The position numbers and the translations under genes were made by a program. From Callorhinchus milii (Eukaryota), in the NCBI RefSeq assembly GCF_018977255.1, contig NW_024704742.1:15812001-15876000 (forward strand): a stretch of DNA of 64,000 nucleotides, in the 5' to 3' direction. Under the pieces are notes generated by a model, which worked only from the letters and a program-made list of their open reading frames with translations, made no database searches and had not been told where the DNA came from. Position 1 is the first letter of the stretch; each line of letters opens with the position of its first letter. Positions 48,944 through 60,884 of this stretch are shown here, piece by piece.

Positions 48944-49892
48944 ATATGCTCTTATCTGCATATCTGCAGATATGCTCCTCGTATTGAAGCAGGTTGATTC
49001 GCACTAGCTTGCTGATGTGGAGTTGGAAGTTGGGCTGATGATGCCCACTTCACATGTCTTTGAATTGCTCTAGAAAATACCATATTATGTTTGGGGGTCC
49101 CAACATTATTAAAGAGGTGGTCATGTCGAATGGATGACCAGAGAGTTTTCAATAGATTCGGTAAGTGAGCCAAGTCAATTTTGTACGTTATATGGCATGG
49201 TGCATAATCATCAGTACTGAGACCACCTTCTCCGAGCAGTTTTAGGAGCACAGCTCCAGAATGATTTATGCTTTCTGAGATCCCAATTGAACTGCATATT
49301 TAGCAGCAAATCGCTGCAAAAATCACACTGATTCACTGAGAAGTCTGTGGTATGAACAGAGCACAACATTGTTTAGAGCATTTAAAAAGTGATAAAATAC
49401 TTTTTTGTGAACACATTAAGAAAGAATATAAGGAAGGAAATTGCAGAATACACTGAAGATGATCACCAGTGATATTATTACATCACACATCACATTTTTA
49501 AGTTATTAGAGTCTCGGAAGATCCCTAGAGCAGTATTATTGCTCTGCCTTGAATATGAAATTGGCCACAACCCAATTAATAACTGTGTGATTAATGTTTA
49601 CCTACAAAGACCTAATGATTAAGATTCAGATTAAAATTAGTGTTTATCTATATTGCCATTAAAAATTGACTGCCATTGTTCATCTACAAATATATAATTA
49701 CTGTGAAGCACTGAGAAATTTTATTAAATTAATTCCAAGGATTATTATTAATACACTTCATAGTATTTACCTATGATACTGCCTGCTCCACGTCCCTTTG
49801 AGTTGTATCTGTATGTGCATGTGTGTTTCTGTGTAAGTACCTGTATATATCAGCCAGTTCTGTGTAAGTGTATGAATATATAAACCCTCCAA

Positions 49893-50080
49893 AATAATAA
49901 TAATCATAATGTGGTCATTCAATCCACATTATGGATTGTTTGTGGGACACTGCTGTGCGCAATTGGCTACTGCATTTAGCCCACAAAATATACAGTCAAT
50001 TCACTTTACAGTGTGAAGTGCTTTGAGACTTCTCAATGACATGATAAGGCACTACATCAAATTCAAAGATTATTATTCTT
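49893..50080 (+). mobile_element. SINE 3' half
   Basis: ggtcattcaatcc...gtttgtgggacactgctgtgcgcaattggct...tail. Confidence 0.85.
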
Positions 50081-50725
50081 ATTATCCCTTTGAATTGGTC
50101 TGGAAGATACCATAGTAGATTTCCTGCCACAGTTTTCTGGTGACAATGAAGAAGTTGGGTGGGACAATACTGTGCAAAGGGTATGAGATGGACCAGAGTG
50201 AGCACAACAGAGTAAGAGGCAAAAGTGATGGAGGTGCAACAATTGGTAAAATGTGGGAAGTGCTCTTAATTAGAAATAACGAAGTGCCAAAAAGATGTCT
50301 AAGCTATATGAGATTGAAGGATTTCAACGTGATAAGGTGCTATACAAAATAAAGGTTCCTTCTTTCTTAGTCTTCTATTCCAGCATGTTCCTGCCATGCT
50401 ATTTATTAAGTGGAAGCATTTATTTATGGTATAAAATGTGCAGGTGATTATAAAGTGATTATAACTTTCCCTGCCTTTTAAAACATGGCTTCAAGTACTA
50501 ATCATTTGTGATTCACATTTTCAGCTGTAATTACATCACCCTAGATTTTCTTTTGATAGTGTGTCATGGGTTTGTATTTTATGAATGCTGTTTTGTTGTT
50601 AGATGTTCATCAAACATGTCAAATAAATTAACGCTTTATATATGTTTGAATAACTAATTATTTTAATCCATCTATCCTTGATGTATGTAAATTATTATTA
50701 AATTAGATGTCAGCCTAGCTCAGTT

Positions 50726-50933
50726 GGAGTCCTGTAGCTCAATGGTTAGAGCACTCACCTCGCAGGCGAGAGACCTGGGTTCGATTCCGAATGTGCGCAA
50801 TTGGCTGCCGCGTTTCGCCCACAAATATACAGTCAATTCACTTTACAGTATATTCTGTGAAGCGCTTTGAGACATCTAGAAGACGTGAAAAGCGCTATAT
50901 CAAATGCAAGGATTATTATTAATATTTATTATT
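50726..50933 (+). mobile_element. Young, internally deleted family-B SINE with TSD agtt
   Basis: ggagtcctgtagctcaatggttagagc...gggttcgattcc joined almost directly to tgtgcgcaattggc; agtt at 50722-50725 and 50934-50937. Confidence 0.85.
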
Positions 50934-51046
50934 AGTTGGTAGCACCTTTGCCTCTGAGTCAGAAGGTTGTGGGTTCAATGCCCACATCGGGACTTTAAGC
51001 TCACAGTCTTGGATAACATTCCAATACAATGCTGGGGGAATGCATT

Positions 51047-51290
51047 ATTCATTAGCAAATGAGGAGGTTAGGAGAATTTTTTTCAATCACAGTGTAGTTA
51101 AGACATGTAATGCTCTGCCAGAAGCGATGGTTGAGGCAGAATCCATTTACTGGCCTTCAAGAGGGACTTGAAAAATACCTTAAATAGAGTCAGCTTCAGG
51201 GGTGGGGAAAAAAGGCGGATAAATGGGACTGAAAGCTCAGAGACAATAGGCCAAATGGTGTTCATCTGTGCTGTTAATTTCTATAGTCTA
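51047..51290 (+). mobile_element. CR1 3' fragment nested in a SINE
   Basis: gaggaggttaggagaattttttt...aatgctctgcc...ggccaaatgg...tctgtgctgt..atttctat. Confidence 0.8.
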
Positions 51291-53074
51291 CGGCTGTTTG
51301 TGGGACATTGCTATCCGCAAATTAGTTGTTGTAGTTGCCTACAAAATACACAATTACTGTGAAATCTTGTCAAGAGCTTTGAGATATCCTCCCAACATGG
51401 TGTTGCTACATAAAATGCAAGGATTATTGTTAAGACCTAGGGTTCTGCTAGATGGGGTGCCAGAGTGCATTGCTGGTCTGGCATCCTGTATGATAATATG
51501 CCTATGCGTAAACTCAAGATCTGAATTTTCTCATAGTCTTAGCTTTCTGATTTAATTCAGGTTTAATTTGGAAATTATTTTTCTACAGTACTTTTTAATA
51601 CTCTTGCAGCTTTGTTCAAGGAAGTCAGAGTGGCCTGAGGTCAAGTAGCTATCGGGAGTAGAGGAAGAGTGGGGAGGGGTTGGGGGGTGGGGCAGGAGGG
51701 ACCACAAGGTTAGGGCAATACTGGGCAAAAGATGTGGGGATGGGCTGCAATGAGCATGAAGTTGGATGATGATAAGAGTAATTTACTGGTTACAGCAGGC
51801 AACATGTAGGGGGTGCTGGTCATGAGAAATAGTTCCAAAGGATGTGGGATTCAGAAATCATGTGTCTGAGAGGAAGACAACAATGTTCAAGAGGAGGTGA
51901 CCAGGTTCTGATCTCCTGACTCTGCCCACCCTTGCCCTCTGCCCATCCATGTTCTCTTTAAATTACAGCAGGTGACAGCCTAACAGATTGTCTAGTTGTG
52001 CATTGGAGTTTGCTGAAGCAATAAGTGTTAGAAGTAATCCCCAAATTATTTACAGTGATAAGATGTTAAACAGGATGGAATGACTGGCATCTGGCAGGTC
52101 TTCCATTACCATCAAACAACATTATTACTTTTCACTGGTTTATGTGGTTCAGCAGAACAAATGCACTAGCAGATGGTAGCATTTGGCAAACAAAGGAAGT
52201 GATGAGACATTAATGAATTCTCCAGAGCTGACTGACACTTTGATCGCATGCTTATCAATCCAAGTCAGAGATTATTTCATAAACAAAGTGCTTGGATTTT
52301 TTGCTTGATTTATTTTATCATACACCAATTTTCTTCTCTTCCCTCGCCCTCTCCAGAAAACATTTGACTCCTTTTACTTCTGCGGGAGTACGTGATTACA
52401 CCTGAAAGTCAAATTCTTCACACTCACAGTATGAAAATATGTAACATTTAATCTGCAATGAACAATTATATTCAATTTTTGTGGCTTTACTTTGTATTAA
52501 ACAGAGACATGAACTCTAAAATACACCCAGTACTAGATTTTCTTTGCTTGCTTTGGCATTTTTATTCAAGGATGATAAGATTCTACAGCCATGGTATAAA
52601 GGCACGAAAAAGAACCCCTTGTATTTATTGAGTCGCTTTATGGTCTAAATAAACTCTTCTGTCATATATCGTCTGTTAGCAAAAGCTAATTGTAGAAGAT
52701 AAATTAAGATAATCATAGTAGAAACATGACTGAATGGTACTCCTAAAGGCTATTTTGAAACGGTAGGCATCTGAGGGAGAAATTCAACCTGGATCTGGAC
52801 TGAGTTTATTTTCTTCATTCACTACTGTAGACTGTGAGGAATTTGACAATTTTTTAAATGTAGTCTGAATATTGAATAATTCTCCATATCTTCTTTTAAG
52901 GACTATGCAAAACCAGCTTCAAAGCGAAGATTGCCTTAAGAATTGTCTATAATTTGCCTGCAATGAAATGCTAAGAAAGTAGTGTAAGTTTAGAACTAGG
53001 TGGAATTTTGTCTCCTTTCCTGACCCCCCAGGTTACTGATATGTAAAGTACGATTGAGAAACAGCATAAAAAGG

Positions 53075-53350
53075 AAAAATGCAAGGAATTTAGTTGGCCG
53101 GGACAACAGGCCAGGGAGAAACACCTTTTACATGCAAGGATCATTATAATGCAAAGGTTATGATTCACCTGAACAGGCAGACAAAAGCTCAGTTTAACAT
53201 ATAAAGTACAGCATTTCGAACAACACATTAGTTCCCCAGCACTGTATTGGAATATCTGCTTGGACTATGTGCTCAAAGAGTTCACAGGAGACTTGAATCC
53301 ACAACCTCTGATTCGTCTTAAGAGTGTAACAAACTGAGACAGGCTGACAC
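53075..53350 (-). mobile_element. Family-A SINE, diverged
   Basis: cacctgaacaggcagac...ccagcactgtattgg...ttgaatccacaacctctga...aactgagacaggctgacac. Confidence 0.75.
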
Positions 53351-53459
53351 ACAAATTTTGCAATATATTAATTTAGGTTCATGTATAGTGTATATATATA
53401 CACTATAATATCACTGCTGCGTGTGAGTATTGTTTCTCTTTGCCCACTTCCTTGGACAC

Positions 53460-53700
53460 AACAACAATAACTTGCATTTATCTGGAACTCTTCAAGCAGC
53501 TAGCATCCTGAAGCATTTAACAGCAGTGTGGCAGCTGTGATGGAAATAAAGGGGAGGTAACTGAAGGCAGGGTTGAAGAGGAAAGTCTTCAGGTGTCATT
53601 TGAAGATGGGCAAAGAGGGGGCATAACAAAAGAATTGAGGCTCGGGAGTTCCAGAGATTTGGGACATTGTGGCTGAAGGCGTGGTCACTAATGGTGAGTC
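53460..53700 (-). mobile_element. L2 3' stub
   Basis: (aac)n acttgcattta...ggttgaagagg..agtcttcagg...gggagttccaga...ggctgaaggc. Confidence 0.7.
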
Positions 53701-53734
53701 ATTACTCTTGGAAATCCTTGATAACACTAATTAC

Positions 53735-53890
53735 TCTTCCCAAGTGGTATTTATATACAAGCCTTGATAGTGAATTTTGGCAGGCTATTTCTCACAAGAG
53801 TATTACAGCCAAGTCCAATACTGTCCTCAGCCACTCACATACATTTCATAGCTGAAGAGAGAGAACATGATTACATTTTCCTATGGTTGC
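53735..53890 (-). mobile_element. LF-SINE-like fragment
   Basis: cccaagtgg...ggcaggctattt...acagccaagtccaatactgtcctca; homologous to 27540-27718 and 37325-37400. Confidence 0.5.
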
Positions 53891-54983
53891 TGACACACCC
53901 TTGTAGTGCTCAATTGCTGCTTCGGTTCCAATGTACTGGACAATTTCTGAATCCAACAGGTCATCAGAGGAGGTGTACACTTCATTTATTTTAAAAGTGA
54001 GTAAAATGCATTGGTTTGGCAACATTGCAAATTGTGTTATACAAGGAGATTCTGGTGTATGAAGTGTTGACCTGAGGGCAATTTTATATTTGTTGCAAGT
54101 TGAGCACTGTCAAAATGTTATTGGAGACATTTTCCAAATGCTGACTGAAGTGCCAATGTGCTTAAGAAAACTGGAAGTATAAAAGTGTTGGATCACATAG
54201 AATCAATCGCTTTTAGGTCTTCACTATAGGCCATATGAATCACACATCTATTCTTTGTATAGTTCCAATGGGATGTTTAATGTTTAATGGGACCTTGGTC
54301 TTTATACGTCTAGCATTTCTTATGTTCTGATGAACAGACAGACAGGACCTCCCACTGTGCTACCCCAAGCACTGCACTGGTTTGTTAGCCTAGACATGAG
54401 CTCGAAGTCCCAATGGGATGCTCAAACTTATAACATTCTGAGTCAATGAGTGTTAATAACTGAGTCTGCATATATCTGAGCCTGAGCATTTGTATATATC
54501 GACTGGTTCTGTGAGGGTTCTTTCCTGTCGTTCAACAGATCAACAACATCTAGTGTTTCAACCCTCTTGTCTTTTTATTCCTCCAGCTCTTCGGAGTGTG
54601 GTCAGACCTTATGGTGCCAAGCAGTGTGGTTGACAAGGGTTCCCATGGAGACTGATGTGGTTCCCTGAGATTGCAAAGGCTAAAGGATTGATTTCTGAAA
54701 TCCCATCTGGTAACACTCATATAGTCTTTATATACCTACATTGGGTAAATTATAGCTTTTACTAAAGTCAACGAGCGATATTAATTCATAATGCAGTCAA
54801 GCTTTGAACTTTTATTTCATTTACAGCAGCAAAGTGGAACTATATCTTGAAATTGTGTGGCTTTCATTATAAATACTTTTCAAGTTGGATTTTCATTTGA
54901 TTTTGAGAATAGCAACTGAAAAATATTTAAAACTAGGCTACGTGATTCATACTTTACATTTTAATTGTAATGTTATTACAAAT

Positions 54984-55296
54984 GGAGTCCTGTAGCTCAG
55001 TGGTTAGAGCACTCGCTTTGCAAGTGAGAGACCTGAGTTCAATTCCAGGCAGAGGGCGAAACCTTGGGCAAGTTTCCTTACTCCACACGCCTAATAATAA
55101 TCCCTCCAAAACAAAACAATAATAAATTGGTCATTTTCAATCCATGACTGTTTGTGGGACATTGCTGTGCACAATTGGCTGCTGCGTTCGCCCACACATA
55201 TACAATCAATTCACTTTACAGTATATTCTGTGAAGCGCTTTGGGACGTCTAGAAGACGTGAAAAGCGCTATATCAAATGCAAGGATTATTATTATT
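54984..55296 (+). mobile_element. Complete family-B SINE (tRNA-Ala-derived head, L2 tail)
   Basis: ggagtcctgtagctcagtggttagagcactcgc-tttgcaa-gtgagagacctgagttcaattcc (A box, TGC anticodon loop, B box), ccttgggcaagtt, shared body, (att)n. Confidence 0.9.
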
Positions 55297-55559
55297 AATC
55301 TATGATCATATTTCCCACTTTCAGCATTGATTTAATATTATCAATATGTAACAAACCAATTTTCAAAATATTGCTCTAATATTGTTTGAATGTGTTCTTG
55401 GGCCTTATTAAGGGAAAAAGATGGAAAATGAATTAATATAAACAGGGGAAATTTGGAAAAATATGTAACATTGGTCCTGACACAATGTGCCCTCTTCTAC
55501 GTAGAACTTTTATTTGGGGCAAAACGTATAATATTCCTTAACCTATTCATTGTGAAAGG

Positions 55560-55790
55560 GGAAAGAATAATGAATTAAGGATGTTGACCCAGGATCAAAG
55601 AAATATGTTTTTAAAAAGTTTTTGAGGCCGGAGAGAGCTAGGCAAGAGATTTTGGAGCATTGATCCTTAGGACAGTTCATAGTGGCAAAGGCTTGATCAT
55701 TAATGGGAGGGAAATTAATAATAGAACAGAATTGCCTGAGAACAGGGTTGAAAAATATTGCAAAGTTTGGGAGAGTCCATATCATGAAGG
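55560..55790 (-). mobile_element. Old L2 3' fragment, host of a CR1 stub
   Basis: gatcaaagaaatatgttttta...agcatt...ggcttgatcattaatgg. Confidence 0.55.
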
Positions 55791-55949
55791 CTGAGACTGA
55801 TAGATTATTTTAAAATAGATGGATTAGGGGATATGGGGATAGGGCAGGTAATTAGAGTTAGGTCTGAAGATCAGCCATGATCTTATCGAATGGCGGAGCA
55901 GGCTCGAGGGGCCGAATGGCCTACTCCTGCTCCTAATTCTTATGTTCTT
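55791..55949 (+). mobile_element. Young CR1 3' stub with apparent 7-bp TSD atgaagg
   Basis: gatcagccatgatcttatcgaatggcggagcaggctcgaggggccgaatggcctactcctgctcctaattcttatgttctt; atgaagg at 55784-55790 and 55950-55956. Confidence 0.9.
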
Positions 55950-56739
55950 ATGAAGGTCAGGACATGGTCAGGACATGGTCAGGATAAAGTTGATCTATTG
56001 ATGGTGCTGGGAACTTCACACATGAAGAAGGATTACTTGGGGAAGGAGCTGGAAGGTGACTGACAACATTGGAACCTTACCCTATTAAAGACCCTCAACT
56101 CGGGTCCGTAACTCTCTCTGTCCAGCACCTTGGGACATGCAATATATGTAATTTTGTTGTTGTTGTTGTCTCAAAATGAGTGGGCAAGAACCTTATGTTT
56201 AAAACTTTGAAACCATAAAAAAATCTCTGAGAGGCTGATCTGCTTGAAGGATACTACTGTATATAAATGAAAGCTGTTTTTCTTCTTGTAAAAAAAATTG
56301 AAACATCTCAAAGCACATCACAGGAAATCTCTGCAAAGTGCAATGACTATGTATTTGCAGGAGCCAATTTGTTGCCAAGCAAGTTCCCCAAATTATCCAT
56401 GAAGTGAATGTCTTAATTTATCTGGGGGATTATTACCAGTACACCTGGAGAAACGTCCTTCTCGTTGCAAATAGTATCAGGGGATCTCATGTGTTGTACT
56501 AGAATGTCTTACCATGTGAAGGGCACTATATAAATACAAAGTAATGGTGGTGTTGTCCTTATCTATACGCTCCCTCATGTCAGACTAAATGTTTTGAGAT
56601 GTCCTCCCGCCATCAAAGGTGCTACATAAACTGTATTGTATTGCAACATCATCTGGGGACACAGAGTTAAGTTTCACATGAATGCAAATGAAACTCATAT
56701 TTATTTTTCGACTTCTACTCTTGATTCCAGGTCCACTGA

Positions 56740-57545
56740 GGATCTGTCACTTGCCTGTCATACAATAAGGCTTGGATGAGTCTCAATTTCTTGCAACTTA
56801 ACATATGAAAGGTTGAAGCCATCCTCCTTGCCATTTGCCAAAATCTCCTCACTACCATCTTTAACCTGCTCAACTTCCCTGATCTCTCTCAAACTCACTG
56901 AACTAGTAACATTTGTGAATGTGTGGTTCATTTCTCAGCTCCCTTTCTTCCTTCACATTTCGTGTCTACCAAGATCACTTTTCTTCCTGCTTCCACAGAT
57001 TAACTGACACCAAATGCAAATAAAACCCTTATTGACACCTTTGTTACCTATTACCTAGACTTTTCAGCTATAGTCCTTGCTGGTCTCCCTAGCCCCACCA
57101 TCCATAAACTACAACTAATACAAAATTCCACCTCTCCCATTATCACTCACATCAATCTTTATATGCCCACCAGCCTTGTTACTTTCCATTGATTGCCTTT
57201 CCAATCAATCAATATCAAATATCTCATCATTATATTTTATGGCTTAACAACTCTATTTTTGTGATCTTCTTTTACCCTACTTCTCTATTCATCCCTTGAG
57301 CTATCTAAGTTTGATGCATGTCCACATCCCCTCTGCACACTATCAGTGGCCATTCCTAAACTCTGAAACTCCTAAACATCCTCTACCCTCTGCCTCAACC
57401 ACTATCTGTCCTTAAATCCCAATAAAGCTCCACCTCTTCGACCATGCCTATGGTCAACTTGCTTGAGATGTCTTATCCCATCTTTGTGAAGTGCTCTGAG
57501 ACATATTCTATATGAAGAGTGCTATATAACTACAAGAACTTGTTG
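56740..57545 (+). mobile_element. Heavily decayed L2 3' portion
   Basis: ttggatgagtctcaatttcttgcaacttaac (W-M-..-N-F-L-Q-L-N), cctttgttacc...ccttgctggtctccc..., ctcttcgaccatgcctatggtca and tail. Confidence 0.75.
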
Positions 57546-57625
57546 TAATATCCATTTTAGAAAACACTGTTTTAAACTAATTTAGAAATAACGTATGATT
57601 TACATTACACCGCACCGTCTCGTGC

Positions 57626-58566
57626 GGTGTTTCTCAGGGCTCTGTCCTCGGTCCTCTCCTCTTCAACCTGTACATGCTCCATCTTGTTAACATCATCCGC
57701 AGACATGGGGTCAACTTCCACTTGTATGTGGATGACACCCAACTCTATCCCTCTGCTTCCACCCTTGACCCCAGGACCACTGATGTCCTAACAGACTGGC
57801 TGCCAGACATCAAGTCCTGGATGAGAGCCAAATTTCTACAGTTGAATGTCAGCAAGATTGAGGCTCTCCTGATTGGTTCACGCCAGGCACTGGCAGTATC
57901 AGCATCCATAGATGCACACTTTGACCTCACCAAGCCAGTCAGGAACCTTGGCATCTTGTTTGACCCTCGACTATCCTGTCTCCCCCACATCTGTGCCATA
58001 ACCCGCTCTGCCTTCTCCCACATCCATAACATTGCCTGACTCCACCATTACCTCACCCCTCAGGCTGCAAAAACCCTCATACTTGCCTTCATTACCAGAC
58101 TTGACTATGTCAACGCCCTGTTTGTCGGCCTTCACAACTCTTCCCTCCACAAGCTGCAGATCATCCAGAACTCCGTGGCTCGTATCATCTCCCACATCAG
58201 GTTCCATGATCCCATCACACCCACTCATGCCCGGCTCCACTGACTCTCCATCCCCCAGAGGATCGAGTTCAAAGATTCTCGTCCTCACATTCAATGCCCT
58301 CCATGGCCTTGCCCCATCGACGGTTGAGCCTTCAGCCTTTCTGCCCCCACCCTCTAGAACTCCATCCCACATTCCCTTTGTCTCGCTCCCTCCCTTGCCT
58401 CCTTCAAGGCATGCCTCAAGACCCTCCTCTTTAACCGTGGCTTTGGCCACCCTACTATCCTCTCTGCCCTCCACCCTCCCTGATTCCAACGCCCCGGCTC
58501 AGGTCCTAATCCCTGATTGTTCAGTGCCTTGGGACATCCTCCCGATGTGAAAGGCGCTTTATAAAC
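57626..58566 (+). mobile_element. L2 LINE 3' fragment with RT motifs
   Basis: [17 protein letters not shown]...[11 protein letters not shown]...[10 protein letters not shown]...VRNLGILFD, then LDY..NAL and KLQ.IQN, and the L2 tail. Confidence 0.92.
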
Positions 58567-58578
58567 CATTGAGCCTCA

Positions 58579-58874
58579 GGAGTCCTGTAGCTCAGTTGGT
58601 TAGAGCACTTGCCTCACAAGTGAGAGAACTGGGTTCGATTCCTGGCAGGGCAAAACCTTGGGCAAGTTTCCTTACTCCACATGTCTGATAATAATCCCTG
58701 AAGAAAAAACAAATGAATAATAAAATTGGTCACCTCAATCCACGACTGTTTGTGGGACACAGCTATGTGCAATTGGCTATACAGTCAATTCACTTTACAG
58801 TATATTCTGTGAAGCGCTTTGAGTCGTCTAGAAGATGTGAAAAGCGCTATATCAAATCCAACGATTATTATTAT
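58579..58874 (+). mobile_element. Family-B SINE
   Basis: Near-identical layout to 54984-55296. Confidence 0.9.
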
Positions 58875-60489
58875 ATTCATGCAATTTTGTATTGTATGAT
58901 ATATTAAATATGATTTTATTTGCCATCATATTCTGTATACTCCCAAATTTCTGAATACAAAAGGGACTTACAGGTTGGCATTTATTTAGACTTTTGAGAA
59001 AATAGACCCCTCTGTTTATTTTACATATATTTGTTATACATTCAAATTCAGTAGACAGTACATATAGCATACGACAAAAGTAAAACAGTATTACAATTGC
59101 TTCACTTTTGTCATATAAGCTTTTGTTTAAGCTAAAATTAAACAAACCACATATATGTTTTAAGACATTCAACTGGAAGAAATTATTTGCACATTTCATA
59201 AATCTTGACTGGAAATCCAAGTTGGGGACAGTTTCACCTTGTGAAAGATCATAGGTTATTATCCGCAATTCTCCACACAGCAGATTTGTGCTCTCAACCA
59301 AGTATTAGGTGGAACTCATGGTGCAAAAATCAGGAAAAATCTTTATGGGAAAACATCTGTGCATCTCAAATCAGCCAATCACAATAGAAGCCAAGATTTT
59401 TGTTATCTTTAGTGTTGCGCAGATGTGTTTCATGAAGCCTTGAGGGTATTAAATTGAGGGTACTTTGAAAAAAAGAAACGTATAACAAACAGTATAGAGG
59501 CATTACCAATAAATAATGTACCTTACATTTCTTCCTGTTTCCTGAAATGCAGTTGAAATTTAAAAACCAAATGGCAGCGTGGAACAAATGCATTGAATCT
59601 CAAAATGTCTTCAGATCAAAGACTGCTAAAAATCAGAACTTCAACTTTCTTGTAAGTATTCAGAAAAAATGCTTTACGCTTAATATTGATGAAAATGAAA
59701 GCAAACAAAATTATTCTAACATTCGACTGGATCAGCTGTTTTCCTTGTTCAGAAGTGAGATATCTGTTCAGCTGATGTACTATTTTTTCCGTCTTGCCCC
59801 TAAGCCACCTTCTCCAAATTGATTTTGAGTAAATTCGTAATTCTACATTTTTACTGGGGTTTATGGTGAAGACGGAGGTGGGTATGGATGAGTCACTTTT
59901 CATTTGCCCTGGACAAAATCAAAGTGACAAGTGCCAAAGAAATGAACAGAGTTATGTCAGCTCAGCACAGAAATAAGGAGAAAAGAACATCAAGGCTTAA
60001 AACCTCAGGCGAAATGCTTATCGGGGGAAAAGATTGAAAAATTGTAAAAGGGAAAGCGTAATTCTGTTGGAAATTACTGCACTTGAGTTCACAGTACCTT
60101 AGTATTGAATGTCTGCTGCTTGGTGATATCGGTGAATCATTCTAGCAATGAAAGGAGTTGAATTCACGTTTGAAATGACAGAGATCTGAGAAAGAGATGT
60201 TTTAACCTGTAAAGTACTGCAGTTCTCCAGTGGGGGGGTTCCACACCTACTTTAAGTAATTTCTCTATACCATAGAGCACTGTTTTAGGAGTGATCTGCT
60301 GCAAGAATGGTATTATTAATATTCTGGAACAATGAGATCAAATAGGTGAAGGGGATTTCTTCATCTGAGCTCATCTTGTGATTTGTGCATCATTTCCAGT
60401 AACCACAGCAGCAGGAAGCAATCAGAAGAGAATTACTGAGTCGCATGCCTAGTACATCCAGCAATCTCTCCCTCCCACCTGTTCACTAT

Positions 60490-60884
60490 TTAATAATAAT
60501 CATAAATAACCCTTACATTTTGAAAATAGCAACTTTCAAATTGGGAGACTGTCCCAAAGGGCTTCACAAGATATTCTGGAAAGTTCAGTGATTGTGCATT
60601 TGGTGGAGGAATCTAACAGCAGATTTGCACACAGCAATGTGTCACAAACAACAATGAAGTGAATGATCAATTTTATTTGAGGGATTTTTGGCCATTACTC
60701 CAGGAGAAACTCGCAGCTCTTTTTGAATAGTGCCATGGGATGTATAACATCCATCTGAATTTGCAGACAGGACATTGGTTTAGCATAGAATCTGAAGGAA
60801 GGCACCTCCAACCTTGTAACACCCCACCAGCACTGCATTGGAGTGTCACCTTAAACTGTATGAGTTTCGAGTCGAAAGTGGGAC
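60490..60884 (-). mobile_element. Family-A SINE body and tail (its head continues at 63494-63552)
   Basis: Reverse-complement tail and central domain up to ...aaagtgggac. Confidence 0.8.

Larger units (their letters stand above)
50708..51431 (+). mobile_element. Family-A SINE hosting two nested insertions
   Basis: Host pieces at 50708-50725, 50934-51046 and 51291-51431. Confidence 0.8.

Noticed and set aside
48545..48997. Domesticated GTF2IRD2/ZBED-like host gene
   Set aside because: Upstream stop and frameshifts, truncation before the catalytic glutamate, and a transposon end still attached.
48952..49251. 99-aa minus-strand ORF and a + strand donor (G|gtaagt at 49160)
   Set aside because: No recognisable domain and no consistent exon chain; chance ORFs of this length are expected.
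51670..51700. G-quadruplex-capable G-runs (also 41505-41560)
   Set aside because: Common; the second lies within an L2 tail, and no functional context is visible.
52162..52182. CTCF-like motif cactagcagatggtagca
   Set aside because: Deviates at core positions; a single weak match is not evidence.
53384..53407. 24-bp palindrome tatagtgtatatatatacactata
   Set aside because: Mostly (TA)n low complexity; likely a slippage product.
54984..55055. tRNA-Ala-like gene (also at 50726 and 58579)
   Set aside because: A/B boxes and anticodon arm are present, but there is no complementary 3' acceptor strand, and each continues into a SINE body and tail.
55955..55986. Short tandem duplications (ggtcaggacat x about 2.7; also 1223-1259, 32187-32223, 47591-47622)
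   Set aside because: Ordinary local slippage duplications with no further structure.
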